Positions 18,138 to 27,652 of a stretch of DNA of 64,000 nucleotides are shown here, piece after piece. Positions within the stretch are counted from its first letter, which is position 1. Every line of letters starts with the position of its first letter. The notes beneath the pieces are model-generated. The model was not told the origin of the DNA and ran no database searches. It saw only the letters and a list, made by a program, of their open reading frames with translations. This DNA is from Myxococcales bacterium (GTDB lineage Bacteria > Myxococcota_A > Polyangia > Polyangiales > DASUME01): contig JASGJH010000001.1 of NCBI GenBank assembly GCA_047601445.1, forward strand, positions 5,216,001-5,280,000, given 5' to 3'. A program made the translations under genes and the position numbers.

Positions 18138-19526
18138 TCACCTGGGAATCCATACCTCGTAGAGGCGTCCATTGAGCTTACGGCGCTCGCGCTGGTGGCT
18201 CTGGGCGAAGCCCGAGAAGGCCCGCTCGGGAGGACGTGACACGGCCCAAATGGCGTAGTCCGGAAAATCACGGCGCAGACGCGAGCCATTCGCCATCAGA
18301 CCACCCCAGGTGTAGCCGAACCCGAGGCCGGTCTTGCCGTAGACACCGTGCTCGAACTTCAAGACGGGATCCCAGGAGTCCCCGAAGCCAGCTGCCAGCA
18401 TGTGCGGCGTCATCTGAGCCATGGCGCGATAGTCGGCGCGTTGCTCGACGAGTTGTGAGACTTCGTGCCGCACACCGCCGTAGCTGGGCCACAAGCTCAA
18501 GGGCAAAATCACCGCCACGGCCACGCAGCGCACGCGCTGCTCCAGGCGCACCAGGACCAGCACGGCGAAGCAAGCGAGCAGGCAGACCTGCGGCAGCTGC
18601 ACCGGCACGTCGAGGAAGCGATCGGCCCCGATCGTGGTGGCCACCAACGCCAATAGGACCCCGAGCGAGAGACCGCGCGAGCGTGCGTCGAAGAAGCCTG
18701 CCAGGACGCCCGCCAACCCGAGCGCGCACCAGTAGCTAGTCTGGTCCCTCACGAAGCGGGCGCTGCGCAGGACCTGGACCTCGAGATCGAACGGGTTGCG
18801 CCCGGCACGCAAGAGGCCGCGACCGCCGTGCACGTAGTCCTGCCATACCAGCAGCACCGCGGGGACATAGACGGCCAGGGCAGCCAGGCCGAACCACAGG
18901 ACCTCCAGACACAAGCGGCGCACCCAGCGCTCGCGCCCACTCTGCAAGACACCGAAAGCGAGCGCACCGAGCGGCATGGGAAGACACGTGGCGACCACGG
19001 GGGTAGTCAGCATCGCGACGCCGAACACGGCGCCGGCCCAGGCTTTTCGCCCGCAGATCGCGAGCGCCACGCTGCACAGCACCAATGCGCAGGCAGGTAC
19101 GTCCACTTCGCCCAGGACCGCGCCGCGCAAGTAGGCCCCCACCGAGAACAGCAGGGGAACGCTCACCAGGGCCCAGCGCTCGTGGTCGCTCAGCCTCCAC
19201 GTGATCACGTAGATGGCCGCTGCGCCGAGTGAAGCGCACAACAGCGCGAACAGGTTCATCGTGAGGTCGACATCGAAGGGTGAGATGGCGTTGAACAGGA
19301 AGCCCAACGTCATGTACCCGACGTGCGTCGTGCGGCCGCCGAGGTCCCCGCTCTCGATCTGCTGGTTGTACACTGCCGCATCGCCGTTCTGGACGACCGA
19401 GTGCAACAGGAACAGGTTGACCAACAACGCAGCGAGCGCGACCAGGCAGGCAGATCGTCGCACGCCCGTGAAGCGAGGAAAAGACACCGGCGCTGGATAG
19501 CAAATCCTGGCCCAGAGGTCGATCAT
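18138..19526 (-). CDS. Polytopic membrane protein, GT-C/ArnT-like glycosyltransferase candidate
   Basis: About 10 hydrophobic segments; first-loop acidic motif NGDAAVY and HVGY; GEVDVP. Confidence 0.55.
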   Translation of the reverse strand: MIDLWARICYPAPVSFPRFTGVRRSACLVALAALLVNLFLLHSVVQNGDAAVYNQQIESGDLGGRTTHVGYMTLGFLFNAISPFDVDLTMNLFALLCASLGAAAIYVITWRLSDHERWALVSVPLLFSVGAYLRGAVLGEVDVPACALVLCSVALAICGRKAWAGAVFGVAMLTTPVVATCLPMPLGALAFGVLQSGRERWVRRLCLEVLWFGLAALAVYVPAVLLVWQDYVHGGRGLLRAGRNPFDLEVQVLRSARFVRDQTSYWCALGLAGVLAGFFDARSRGLSLGVLLALVATTIGADRFLDVPVQLPQVCLLACFAVLVLVRLEQRVRCVAVAVILPLSLWPSYGGVRHEVSQLVEQRADYRAMAQMTPHMLAAGFGDSWDPVLKFEHGVYGKTGLGFGYTWGGLMANGSRLRRDFPDYAIWAVSRPPERAFSGFAQSHQRERRKLNGRLYEVWIPR

Positions 19527-19634
19527 ACCTCGAGCTCGTCTCCCCGCACTCCACGGGCAGATGCGTGACTCGGTGGCGGGTAGAAAGGTCTTCGTCTCGA
19601 GCCTGCCGGGGGTAGGCTAGTCCGCGAGGTCCAA

Positions 19635-20684
19635 ATGCAACCGAGCCTCCCAGCGGGACTACAGAGGACAATCGAAAAATGGGTGGGACGCCATCGCCAC
19701 CTCATCCCCATTCGAGGTGGACAACATTCGACGTATCGCGTGGTGGGGCGACGTAGTGCCATCGTCAAGGTATTCCCTGCCGACCATGTTGGGTTTCATG
19801 TGGAGCGTCGCACGCTGCAGCTGCTCGCTGGCCGACGCGGTATCCCGCATTTGTATGCGAGCGGAAAGAATGCGTCGTTCGCGTTTCTACTGGTTTCCTG
19901 CATCGCTGGCGAATCCATCGCTCACGCGTTTTCGACTGCGGGCTTCCCTCGGGCGCGGGCGCTGACGAACGCAAGTGAAAAGCTGGCGAGGACCCATGAG
20001 TTGCTCCGCGGTTTGTCGCCCAGACAGCAACGCAGCTTTCCAGTGGACTCCCTCGCGGAGATTTCGACGAGTGTAACGAGCTTCATGGACGCCTTCTCCA
20101 GCGCGGCCCTCAACGCGGAGCGCTTCTTGGGAGCTCGGCGCTTGCGCGATGTTCTCAAGGTCGTCCACCGCCATGCGCCGCTTCTCGTCCAGGTGCACGA
20201 ACATCGTCAGGTCATTCACGGGGACTACCAGCCGCGCAACGTTCTTGCGGACCAGGAGGGGAGAATTCGGGGTGTCGTTGACTGGGAAATGGCGCGCCAA
20301 GCCACGCCGCTCTGCGACATCGCCATGTTGCTCCGATATTGTGACTCGGTTCGCGCCGAACGTGATGTGTTGCTCGCCTATGCCGGGCTATCTCTGTCGG
20401 CGAACGAAGCTCGGCTCGCGGCTCGTTGTTACGACCTCGCCAAGGTGACACTGGGCATGAGCAAGGCTCCCGCGTGGACTTCCGATGCACGAACATGGAT
20501 CCACTACATCGACGGGTGCCTCGACTATGTTCGTCGTGGCTCGACTGCGCGTAGCAGGCGCGCCGCGCGAGACCTACTCCTGTATCAGAGCGAGGGGCAA
20601 GCACAGGCGCAGGTGGAACCTCGTGCGCGACCTCAACGCGCCTTGGCGCGCGCCAGCGCACTGCGCAGCAGTCCCGGCGCATAG
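19635..20684 (+). CDS. APH/choline-kinase-like phosphotransferase
   Basis: IHGDYQPRNVL (Brenner motif), VVDWE, DIAMLL; codon usage atypical for this window. Confidence 0.75.
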   Translation: MQPSLPAGLQRTIEKWVGRHRHLIPIRGGQHSTYRVVGRRSAIVKVFPADHVGFHVERRTLQLLAGRRGIPHLYASGKNASFAFLLVSCIAGESIAHAFSTAGFPRARALTNASEKLARTHELLRGLSPRQQRSFPVDSLAEISTSVTSFMDAFSSAALNAERFLGARRLRDVLKVVHRHAPLLVQVHEHRQVIHGDYQPRNVLADQEGRIRGVVDWEMARQATPLCDIAMLLRYCDSVRAERDVLLAYAGLSLSANEARLAARCYDLAKVTLGMSKAPAWTSDARTWIHYIDGCLDYVRRGSTARSRRAARDLLLYQSEGQAQAQVEPRARPQRALARASALRSSPGA

Positions 20685-21430
20685 CGATTCAAATACACGC
20701 CAAGGCTCTCCCACTTGGCCACGTAGATCTCGTGCTTGTCCCGGTCGAGCGCAGCCAGCGTCCGTGCTGCACAGTCCGCTGGCGTGAGTCCATTCTCCTG
20801 GCCCGCGTCGACCACACCATGCGCGCGGCCGTCCGCCTCCATGGCGTGCAGAGAAAACTCGGTATTGACGTGGCCGGGGCACACCAGGAGTACGTGGATG
20901 CCCTTCTCCGTGAGCTCCGCGCGCAGGCCGTTGAAGTAGCCGTGCAGGGCGTGCTTGGACGCGCTGTAGCCGGCGCGGTGCTTCACGCTCATCAGACCGA
21001 GCACGCTGCTCATCACCACGAAGGTCCCCTGGCCGCGCGCCACCATCTCGGGCAAGAGGGCCTTGGTCAGCGCCACCGGACCGAGATAGTTGGTCTCGAG
21101 CATCCTGCGCTCGACCTCGAAGGTGGTCTCGAGCACCGAGCCACGCTGCCCCACACCCGCGTTGTGAACCATCACGTCGATGGGCCCGATCAGACGCGCT
21201 GCCTCACGCGCCTTGTCGGGCAGCCCCGCGAAATCCGCCATGTCGAGCGGCAGGACCTGCACTTCGCCGGCGTCTGGGGCGCAGGCGCGGGCGACTTGCT
21301 CCAGACGGTCCACGCGCCGCGCGGACAACAAGAGCTTCGCGCCGCGCTTGGCGAACGCGCGCGCCAGGGCCTCGCCGATGCCCGATGAGGCGCCCGTAAT
21401 CCAGACCGTCTTCCCTGCGTAGTCCAACAT
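20633..21430 (-). CDS. SDR family oxidoreductase (DHRS7-like)
   Basis: WITGASSGIG, HNAG, YSASKHA. Confidence 0.92.
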   Translation of the reverse strand: MLDYAGKTVWITGASSGIGEALARAFAKRGAKLLLSARRVDRLEQVARACAPDAGEVQVLPLDMADFAGLPDKAREAARLIGPIDVMVHNAGVGQRGSVLETTFEVERRMLETNYLGPVALTKALLPEMVARGQGTFVVMSSVLGLMSVKHRAGYSASKHALHGYFNGLRAELTEKGIHVLLVCPGHVNTEFSLHAMEADGRAHGVVDAGQENGLTPADCAARTLAALDRDKHEIYVAKWESLGVYLNRYAPGLLRSALARAKAR

Positions 21431-21564
21431 GGCCGCGGGTGTACCACGGCGGACGCGGCGCGCCGCCCTGGCGCGGGAATCGGCCCGGCCGCCCAGATTT
21501 CACACCAATGCGGCGACCTGGGGCCCGCCTCGGTCGACGACCCCCGGCCACTCGACTGACCGCC

Positions 21565-21753
21565 CTAGCCGCCGAAGCTCACCTTGGAGATCCAGCTGAT
21601 CGCGAGGGTGGTCAGGGCGATGATGACGGGCGCCAACATGAACAGACCGAAGTTCGGCTCGGGATGTGACTCGCTCACAGCGCGGTGGGCGCCACGCTGA
21701 TCGGCCGAGGGGGTATGGGCGATGTGCGGAAACGAGACACGATGGGTGGCCAT
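21565..21753 (-). CDS. Small protein (62 aa) with C-terminal TM helix
   Basis: GAGGAGG RBS before ATG 21753; FGLFMLAPVIIALTTLAISWI. Confidence 0.6.
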   Translation of the reverse strand: MATHRVSFPHIAHTPSADQRGAHRAVSESHPEPNFGLFMLAPVIIALTTLAISWISKVSFGG

Positions 21754-21890
21754 GATGTTCCTCCTCACTTCACTGCTGGGCGCTCTGGCTGTGACAGGTC
21801 AGGTCCTCATTCGCGTCCATGTGTGACGATTTTGTAGACGCAACCGCGCCGTCCTGAGCACCGCTCAAGTGCGCAGGACAGCGTTGGCCG

Positions 21891-22712
21891 CTAGGCCACG
21901 GCCTCGAGACGAGCCCGCAGCTTATCGCGTGCCCCCGCGAGGATCTGTCCGGCGCGCTGGCGTGACACGCCCAGGGCGCGCCCCACGTCGGCCAGACTCT
22001 TGCCGTCTTCACGAAAGAATTGCTCGTGAACCACGGCACGTTCGCGCTCGGACAGCCCGGTTAGCGCCACCTTGATGGAGCCTTCGCAGGCCGCCTGATG
22101 TTCAGCGTCTGCCACGGCCTGCTCTGGCGAAGCCGTGTCGTCTGCCAAGTCGAGCGTCCCACCACCACCAGACGGATCCTCAGTGGTCAGCGACACGTCT
22201 CGTGAGCTCAGAGACACTTCCACGAGCTCCACGTCGTGCTCCGCCACACCGAGCTCCTCGGCGAGCTCCGCGCGCGTGGGTTTGCGACCATAGCGCTGAG
22301 ACAACATGCGCTCGGTCTGCCTCAGTCGAGCTCGCGCGATGCGGGCGCCTCGCGTGGAGGGCCCCCCCACGATGCGCCGATTGGCCAGGGCGTAGCGACG
22401 AACGCATGCCCGGACCCACCACGCGGAATAGCTCGCAAAACGCGCGTCATGCGCCAGATCGAAACGGCGCACGGCTTCCATCAAGCCAAGCACACCCTCG
22501 CTCACGAGGTCGTGGGCACTCAGCCCTTCTCGCGCGTAGCGCGAGGCGACCTGCACCACGAGGCGCATGTGGCTCTCTACGAGGTCGTGCACGGCGCGCT
22601 GGTCACCGACCTGTGCGCGCTCCAGCAGTCCTCGTTCGACTTCCGCGCTCAGCAGGGGTTTTTCGCGCGCTTTGTGGCGGTAGCGTCCCCAATCGACGTC
22701 GGTATCGTGCAC
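21891..22712 (-). CDS. Sigma-70 family factor, RpoH/sigma-32-like (group 3)
   Basis: Region 2 LVESHMRLVV..DLVSEGVLGLMEAVRRFD..RFASYSAWWVR; region 4 SLADVGRALGVSRQR; GTG after GGAGGGAGG. Confidence 0.9.
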   Translation of the reverse strand: MHDTDVDWGRYRHKAREKPLLSAEVERGLLERAQVGDQRAVHDLVESHMRLVVQVASRYAREGLSAHDLVSEGVLGLMEAVRRFDLAHDARFASYSAWWVRACVRRYALANRRIVGGPSTRGARIARARLRQTERMLSQRYGRKPTRAELAEELGVAEHDVELVEVSLSSRDVSLTTEDPSGGGGTLDLADDTASPEQAVADAEHQAACEGSIKVALTGLSERERAVVHEQFFREDGKSLADVGRALGVSRQRAGQILAGARDKLRARLEAVA

Positions 22713-22783
22713 TGGGCCTCCCTCCTTGGCAGCGCAGACTTGCACCACGCGTGCCACCCCAAATCGTTCTCATTCAGAGCGGA

Positions 22784-23221
22784 TCAATGCACCGTCAGCA
22801 CAGGTGTTTGACTCGCTCTCAAAACGCGTTGCGAAACACTCCCAAGCAACATGCGCTCCACCGCACCTTTGCCCGTGGATCCCAAACAGACCACATCGGC
22901 GCCTATTTCTCGCGCCATGCTCGCGATGCGCTTCGCAGGCTCGCCTCTGACGACATGGCGCGTCACGACGTGATCGCCGACTACACCGCGCACCGCGCGA
23001 TCCAACTCCGTGTCGAGAAAGCGCAGATAACGCTCGAGTTGCTCGGGTGCGGGCCACGGCAGACCTAGCGTGGGATCGCTGTGGCCGTCGTAGATATCCG
23101 GGTGCACATGCATCACGTCCAATGACGCGCCTACCTGATCTGCGAGGTCGCTGGCGAAGGCCAGAGCGCGGTTGGCAGGCTCGGAAAAATCGTGAGCTAC
23201 CAAAATCTTCTTGGGCAGCAT
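22784..23221 (-). CDS. Universal stress protein
   Basis: KILVAHDFSEPA; GSTGKGAVERMLLGSVSQRVLR. Confidence 0.93.
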   Translation of the reverse strand: MLPKKILVAHDFSEPANRALAFASDLADQVGASLDVMHVHPDIYDGHSDPTLGLPWPAPEQLERYLRFLDTELDRAVRGVVGDHVVTRHVVRGEPAKRIASMAREIGADVVCLGSTGKGAVERMLLGSVSQRVLRASQTPVLTVH

Positions 23222-23301
23222 GAGGTTTCTCCTGGTGAGGTCGAGAGGCGACACTGGGGCGAGAACGCCTGCGGCGAAACACGACAACGCCCGATGGATC
23301 G

Positions 23302-23318
23302 AGCAAGCCCCGAGCCAG
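23302..23318 (-). promoter_or_regulatory. Sigma-54 promoter for the usp-sigma operon
   Basis: CTGGCTCG-GGGC-TTGCT, close to consensus YTGGCACG-N4-TTGCW with GG-N10-GC spacing. Confidence 0.7.
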
Positions 23319-23365
23319 CAGCATCTTGTGTGCAGGCCTCGCCCGCATGAGGCGGGCATGACGCG

Positions 23366-23381
23366 TGGCATGAGGCGTGCT
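23366..23381 (+). promoter_or_regulatory. Sigma-54 promoter for the CBS-hemerythrin gene
   Basis: TGGCATG-AGGC-GTGCT, GG-N10-GC, 85 bp upstream of ATG. Confidence 0.6.
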
Positions 23382-23465
23382 CGTCGTTTTCGAGCACGCA
23401 CTCCGGTGCGAGCTGCGCTGATGAAGGTGCAGCGCTCACCGCGAGGTTCAAACGGAGGCAGCCAC

Positions 23466-24353
23466 ATGGGACGGCAACCACAAGTCTGCGACTACATGAC
23501 CGTCGCGCCGCATTCGGTGGGCCTCGATCAGAGTCTGGCCACCGCGGTGCGCAGAATGCACGAACACAAACTGCGCCATCTCCCGGTGCTCGAAGGAGGC
23601 GCGCTGCGGGGCATCATCTCGGAGCGAGACGTGGCCCTGGCTGAATCGTTCGGACTCGATCCGAGCCAGGTGAGCGTCGAGGAGGCGATGACGGCCGAGC
23701 CATACACGGTCACGCCGAACGCGCCGCTCGGGCACGTCGCGCGGGCCATGGCCGCACACAAGTATGGCTGCGCGGTGGTCACCGAGGGCACGGAGCTGCG
23801 TGGGATCCTCACCACCACGGACGCCATGCGCGCCCTGGCCGATACGCTCGAGCGCCAAGAGGACTCGGACTCCGACAATCTGCCTCCCAGTCAGGTCTGC
23901 GAGCTCATGCGCACCGAGCACACCAACATCCGCACGCTCCTCGACCGTGCCGACGACCACGCGCAGGAGGTGCTCTCGGGAAACGCTTCGGATCAACGTG
24001 ACGTGGAGCGTGGCGTGCACGCGCTGCGCGATGCGGCGCGACAGCTCTACACCTGCTTGTCGGCCCACATCGAGCTCGAAAACCGCGTGCTGGCGCCTGC
24101 ACTCAAGCAAACCGATGCCTGGGGCCCCATGCGGGCCGATGGCCTGCTCAGCTGTCACGCCGAGCAGAAACGAGCCCTGGAGGGCGCCCTGATGGAGCTC
24201 GACGACCTGACCCAACCGGCGACCGCCCTGGCCAGCCACGTCGAAGCGCTGATCCAAAGCATCCGCGACGACCTCGACAACGAAGAGGAGACGCTGCTCT
24301 CACCGGAGCTGCTGCGGGACGACCCCATCATCGAGAACGCCGAGACCGACTGA
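23466..24353 (+). CDS. CBS-pair + hemerythrin-like domain fusion
   Basis: GGAGG RBS; CBS motifs LRHLPVLEG, GIISERD, YGCAVV, GILTTTD; C-terminal EH...HIELE...H...EE helical bundle. Confidence 0.8.
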   Translation: MGRQPQVCDYMTVAPHSVGLDQSLATAVRRMHEHKLRHLPVLEGGALRGIISERDVALAESFGLDPSQVSVEEAMTAEPYTVTPNAPLGHVARAMAAHKYGCAVVTEGTELRGILTTTDAMRALADTLERQEDSDSDNLPPSQVCELMRTEHTNIRTLLDRADDHAQEVLSGNASDQRDVERGVHALRDAARQLYTCLSAHIELENRVLAPALKQTDAWGPMRADGLLSCHAEQKRALEGALMELDDLTQPATALASHVEALIQSIRDDLDNEEETLLSPELLRDDPIIENAETD

Positions 24354-24632
24354 GACGATGCACCCGCGCCCCCTCGGTCATCGGCGGACTTCGGAGACCG
24401 GCCTGCCGCCCGCCAACTTGCTTGGTCCAAGGGTTCCGGATCATTTATTGTTTTTTCGGTTCGATATTGGAAATAGGCTGACCTCGAGCCGCGTTGGCGG
24501 CTAGGGACGGCTCGAGAAACGCCCCCTTTCCGGGTTCGCAACGTGCACATAACCAGATGAATTGATTTGCCAATATTCGACATGTCGCGTGGGAACCTGC
24601 GGGCCTCTCAGCGGCCGACCGATTGGGGAAGC

Positions 24633-26258
24633 ATGGGCTCCACGAACGAAAGTCTGACCACCACCGGCACATCGTCCTCGACGCCCCGCGGCTCGGCTCG
24701 CGCCGCCCGGGCGAGCGCCCTCAGCACCCCGAGTCCCAGCGACCTCAAGTCCGGGCTCATCGTCTTCTTGGTCGCGCTGCCACTATGCCTCGGCGTGGCG
24801 ACCGCCTCCGGAGCCCCCCCGCTGGCAGGTCTGATCGCTGGCGTGGTTGGCGGCACCTTGGTCGGGCTCGCGAGTGGCTCTGCCCTGAGTGTCTCCGGGC
24901 CGGCCGCGGGTCTCACCGTGATCGTGCTGGACGGCATCACCCGCCTGGGCATGCCGGCTTTTCTGATGGCCACGCTGCTCGGGGGCGGCATCCAGCTCAC
25001 GCTCGGCGCGCTGCGGCTCGGGCGCTTCGCGCAGCTGGTGCCCAACGTGGTGATCCGCGGGATGCTGGCGGCCATCGGGCTCATCTTGTTGCTCAAGCAA
25101 TTGCCTCACGCTGTCGGCTACGACGCCGACCCCGAAGGCGACTTCGCGTTCGAGCAGCTCGATGGACACAATACCTTTTCCGAGCTGTTCTATTCGCTGG
25201 CCGGCGGAGAGCTGCCCGGCGCCGTGATCGTGAGCGTGTTTGCCGGGCTCGCGATCTGGCTATGGCGCGACTACCGCAACCTGCCGCTGCGCAGCTTCGT
25301 GCCGCGCGAGCTGTTCGCGGTGCTGGTCGGTGTGGTGTGCACGATGCTGCTCACCGGCACACCCTTCGAGCTCAGCCCCGAGCACCGCGTGAGCATTCCG
25401 CGTCTGGGCGAAGTGGGTGGACTCAAGGGGCTGTGGACCTCGCCCGATCTCGCAGCGATCGGGCGGCTCGACGTGTGGCGCACGGCCTTCACGCTGGCGA
25501 TGGTGGCCAGCATCGAATCCTTGCTCTGCGTGGAGGCCACCGACCGCATCGACCCGCTTCATCGCGCGAGCTCACCCAACCGCGAGCTGCTTGCCCAGGG
25601 CCTCGGCAATGCGGCCTCGGGAGCGCTGGGCGGTCTCCCTGTAACGGCCGTCGTGGTGCGGAGCTTTGCCAACGTGCAAGCGGGCGCCAAGAGCCGCTGG
25701 TCGACCGTGACCCACGGTGTGCTGCTCGGGCTGGCTACGCTGTTTGCCGCGCACCTGCTCAACTTCATCCCGCTTGCCGCCCTGGCCGTCGTGCTGATGG
25801 TGGTGGGCTACAAGCTCACGCCGCCCAAGCTCTACCGCGAGATCTGGGAGCTCGGCACCGCGCAGTTCTTCCCGTTCATCACCACCGTACTCGCCATCCT
25901 GCTGACCGACCTGCTCACCGGGACCCTGCTCGGCATCGGCTTTTCGGTGTTCTTCGTGCTCTGGGGTCAGTATCGCTCGGCCATCGTGGTCACCGACGAC
26001 GGCGAGTACCGCATGATCCGCTTCATCTCCAGCGTGTCGTTCCTGCACAAGCCACGCTTGCGCGAGGCCCTCGAAACGGCCGCGCCCGGTACCCAGATCA
26101 TCCTCGATGGGACGCGGGCCCACGCGGTCGATCCCGACATCATGGACACCATCCGCGAATTCGAGGCCGTCGCGCAGGGCCGCGGAGTCACGCTCTCGAT
26201 CACCCGAACCCGCACCGCGCTACACGGGTTCTTTCGCGAAGACGAGGCGCGCGCATGA
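24633..26258 (+). CDS. SulP/SLC26 anion (probably bicarbonate) transporter
   Basis: DLKSGLIVFLVALPLCLGVA, SVSGPAAGL, NRELLAQGLGN, GGLPVTAVVVRS; STAS-like tail. Confidence 0.93.
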   Translation: MGSTNESLTTTGTSSSTPRGSARAARASALSTPSPSDLKSGLIVFLVALPLCLGVATASGAPPLAGLIAGVVGGTLVGLASGSALSVSGPAAGLTVIVLDGITRLGMPAFLMATLLGGGIQLTLGALRLGRFAQLVPNVVIRGMLAAIGLILLLKQLPHAVGYDADPEGDFAFEQLDGHNTFSELFYSLAGGELPGAVIVSVFAGLAIWLWRDYRNLPLRSFVPRELFAVLVGVVCTMLLTGTPFELSPEHRVSIPRLGEVGGLKGLWTSPDLAAIGRLDVWRTAFTLAMVASIESLLCVEATDRIDPLHRASSPNRELLAQGLGNAASGALGGLPVTAVVVRSFANVQAGAKSRWSTVTHGVLLGLATLFAAHLLNFIPLAALAVVLMVVGYKLTPPKLYREIWELGTAQFFPFITTVLAILLTDLLTGTLLGIGFSVFFVLWGQYRSAIVVTDDGEYRMIRFISSVSFLHKPRLREALETAAPGTQIILDGTRAHAVDPDIMDTIREFEAVAQGRGVTLSITRTRTALHGFFREDEARA

Positions 26259-26860
26259 GAGCCAGTGACAAGCTGCTCCTGTCCAACAAGTCCTGGGTGC
26301 AAGAGATCCGCGAGGTCGACCCAACCTACTTCTCGCGCATCTCCAACCAGCAGATGCCCGAGTTCCTCTGGATCGGTTGCTCCGATAGCCGCGTCCCGGC
26401 CAACACCATCACGGGCACCGACCCGGGCGAGATCTTCGTCCACCGCAACATTGCCAACGTGGTTGTCCCCGACGACGTCAACATGCTCAGCGTGTTGCAG
26501 TACGCGGTGGAAGTCTTGAAGGTGAAGCACGTGATCGTGTGCGGCCACTATGGCTGCGGCGGTGTGAAGGCCTCGCTCGGCCCCAAACTCACCTGGCCCA
26601 TCGAGCAGTGGCTCGGCAACATCCGCGCGGTCTGCGCGGAGCACAGCACGGAAATCGAGGCGCTGCCCGAGGACGCGCGCCCGGATCGTTTGTGCGAGCT
26701 CAGCGTGAGGCACCAGGTCAAGAAACTCTCCCGGCTCCCGATCATCGCGCGCGCCTGGGAGACCGGCGCAGGGCCCGAGCTGCACGGCTGGGTCTACTCC
26801 ATCCGGGACGGCGTGCTGCACGAGCTCGTGCGCGTGGAGCCGGGCGGCGGCGCGGGCTGA
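26255..26860 (+). CDS. can: Beta-class carbonic anhydrase
   Basis: WIGCSDSRVP, FVHRNIAN, VCGHYGCGG; ATGA overlap with SulP. Confidence 0.93.
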   Translation: MRASDKLLLSNKSWVQEIREVDPTYFSRISNQQMPEFLWIGCSDSRVPANTITGTDPGEIFVHRNIANVVVPDDVNMLSVLQYAVEVLKVKHVIVCGHYGCGGVKASLGPKLTWPIEQWLGNIRAVCAEHSTEIEALPEDARPDRLCELSVRHQVKKLSRLPIIARAWETGAGPELHGWVYSIRDGVLHELVRVEPGGGAG

Positions 26861-26937
26861 GCAGCGCAGCGAATCGACGGCCTCTTGGAGCACTTGCCGC
26901 AGCACGCCAGCGCGTACCTTTGGCGGCCGGAGGCCAC

Positions 26938-27651
26938 ATGCAGATCGCGGGCAGCTGTGTGCTGATCACGGGGGCAAATCGTGGGATTGGTGCGGCTTTG
27001 GTCGACGCCTTCCTGGCGGCGGGGGCAGCGCGCATCTACGCGGCCTCGCGTGAGATCAAGCAAGATCCACGTGAGCGGGTGATCTCGGTCGCGCTCGACG
27101 TCACCGACGAGACCCAGATCGCGGCGGCGGCTGCGCGCTGCAAGGACGTCCAAGTGCTGGTCAACAACGCGGGCGTAGCCAAGGGACACGGCGTCCTGCG
27201 GGACCGAGACACCCAGGCGGCCCATACGGAGATGGCGGTCAACTACTTCGGGACGTTGAGCATGTCTCGCGCGTTCGCGCCGCTGCTCAAAGCCAACGGC
27301 GGCGGCGCCATCGTGAACATGCTGTCGATCTTGGCCCGCGTCAGCCTGCCGAGCGCGGCTTCGTACGCCGCCTCGAAGGCGGCCGCCTACTCGCTGACCC
27401 AGGCCCTGCGCGCCGAGCTGTTCTCGCAGCGTACGCTGGTGATCGGTGTGATGCCCGGTTTCGTGGACACCGAGATGGCCAAGGACGTCAAGGGTCCCAA
27501 GCTGTCGTCGCGGGAAGTGGCCGACGCCGTGCTCGTGGGCTTGCAGCTGGGCAACGAGGACATCTATCCGGGTGCGGCCGCGGACGTGGCCCACGCCCTG
27601 CAGCACGACGCGAAGTCCGTGGAACGACGCTTCGCTGCGATGCCACACTGA
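26938..27651 (+). CDS. SDR family oxidoreductase
   Basis: TGANRGIG, NNAG, YAASKAA; GGAGG RBS. Confidence 0.9.
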   Translation: MQIAGSCVLITGANRGIGAALVDAFLAAGAARIYAASREIKQDPRERVISVALDVTDETQIAAAAARCKDVQVLVNNAGVAKGHGVLRDRDTQAAHTEMAVNYFGTLSMSRAFAPLLKANGGGAIVNMLSILARVSLPSAASYAASKAAAYSLTQALRAELFSQRTLVIGVMPGFVDTEMAKDVKGPKLSSREVADAVLVGLQLGNEDIYPGAAADVAHALQHDAKSVERRFAAMPH

Positions 27652-27652
27652 T

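Noticed and set aside
19635..20684. Aminoglycoside resistance gene
   Set aside because: Only generic APH/choline-kinase superfamily motifs; substrate cannot be assigned
24623..26860. 745-aa ORF as a long carbonic anhydrase or SulP-CA fusion
   Set aside because: The N-terminal 544 codons are an off-frame shadow of sulP; the CA starts at the ATGA overlap at 26255
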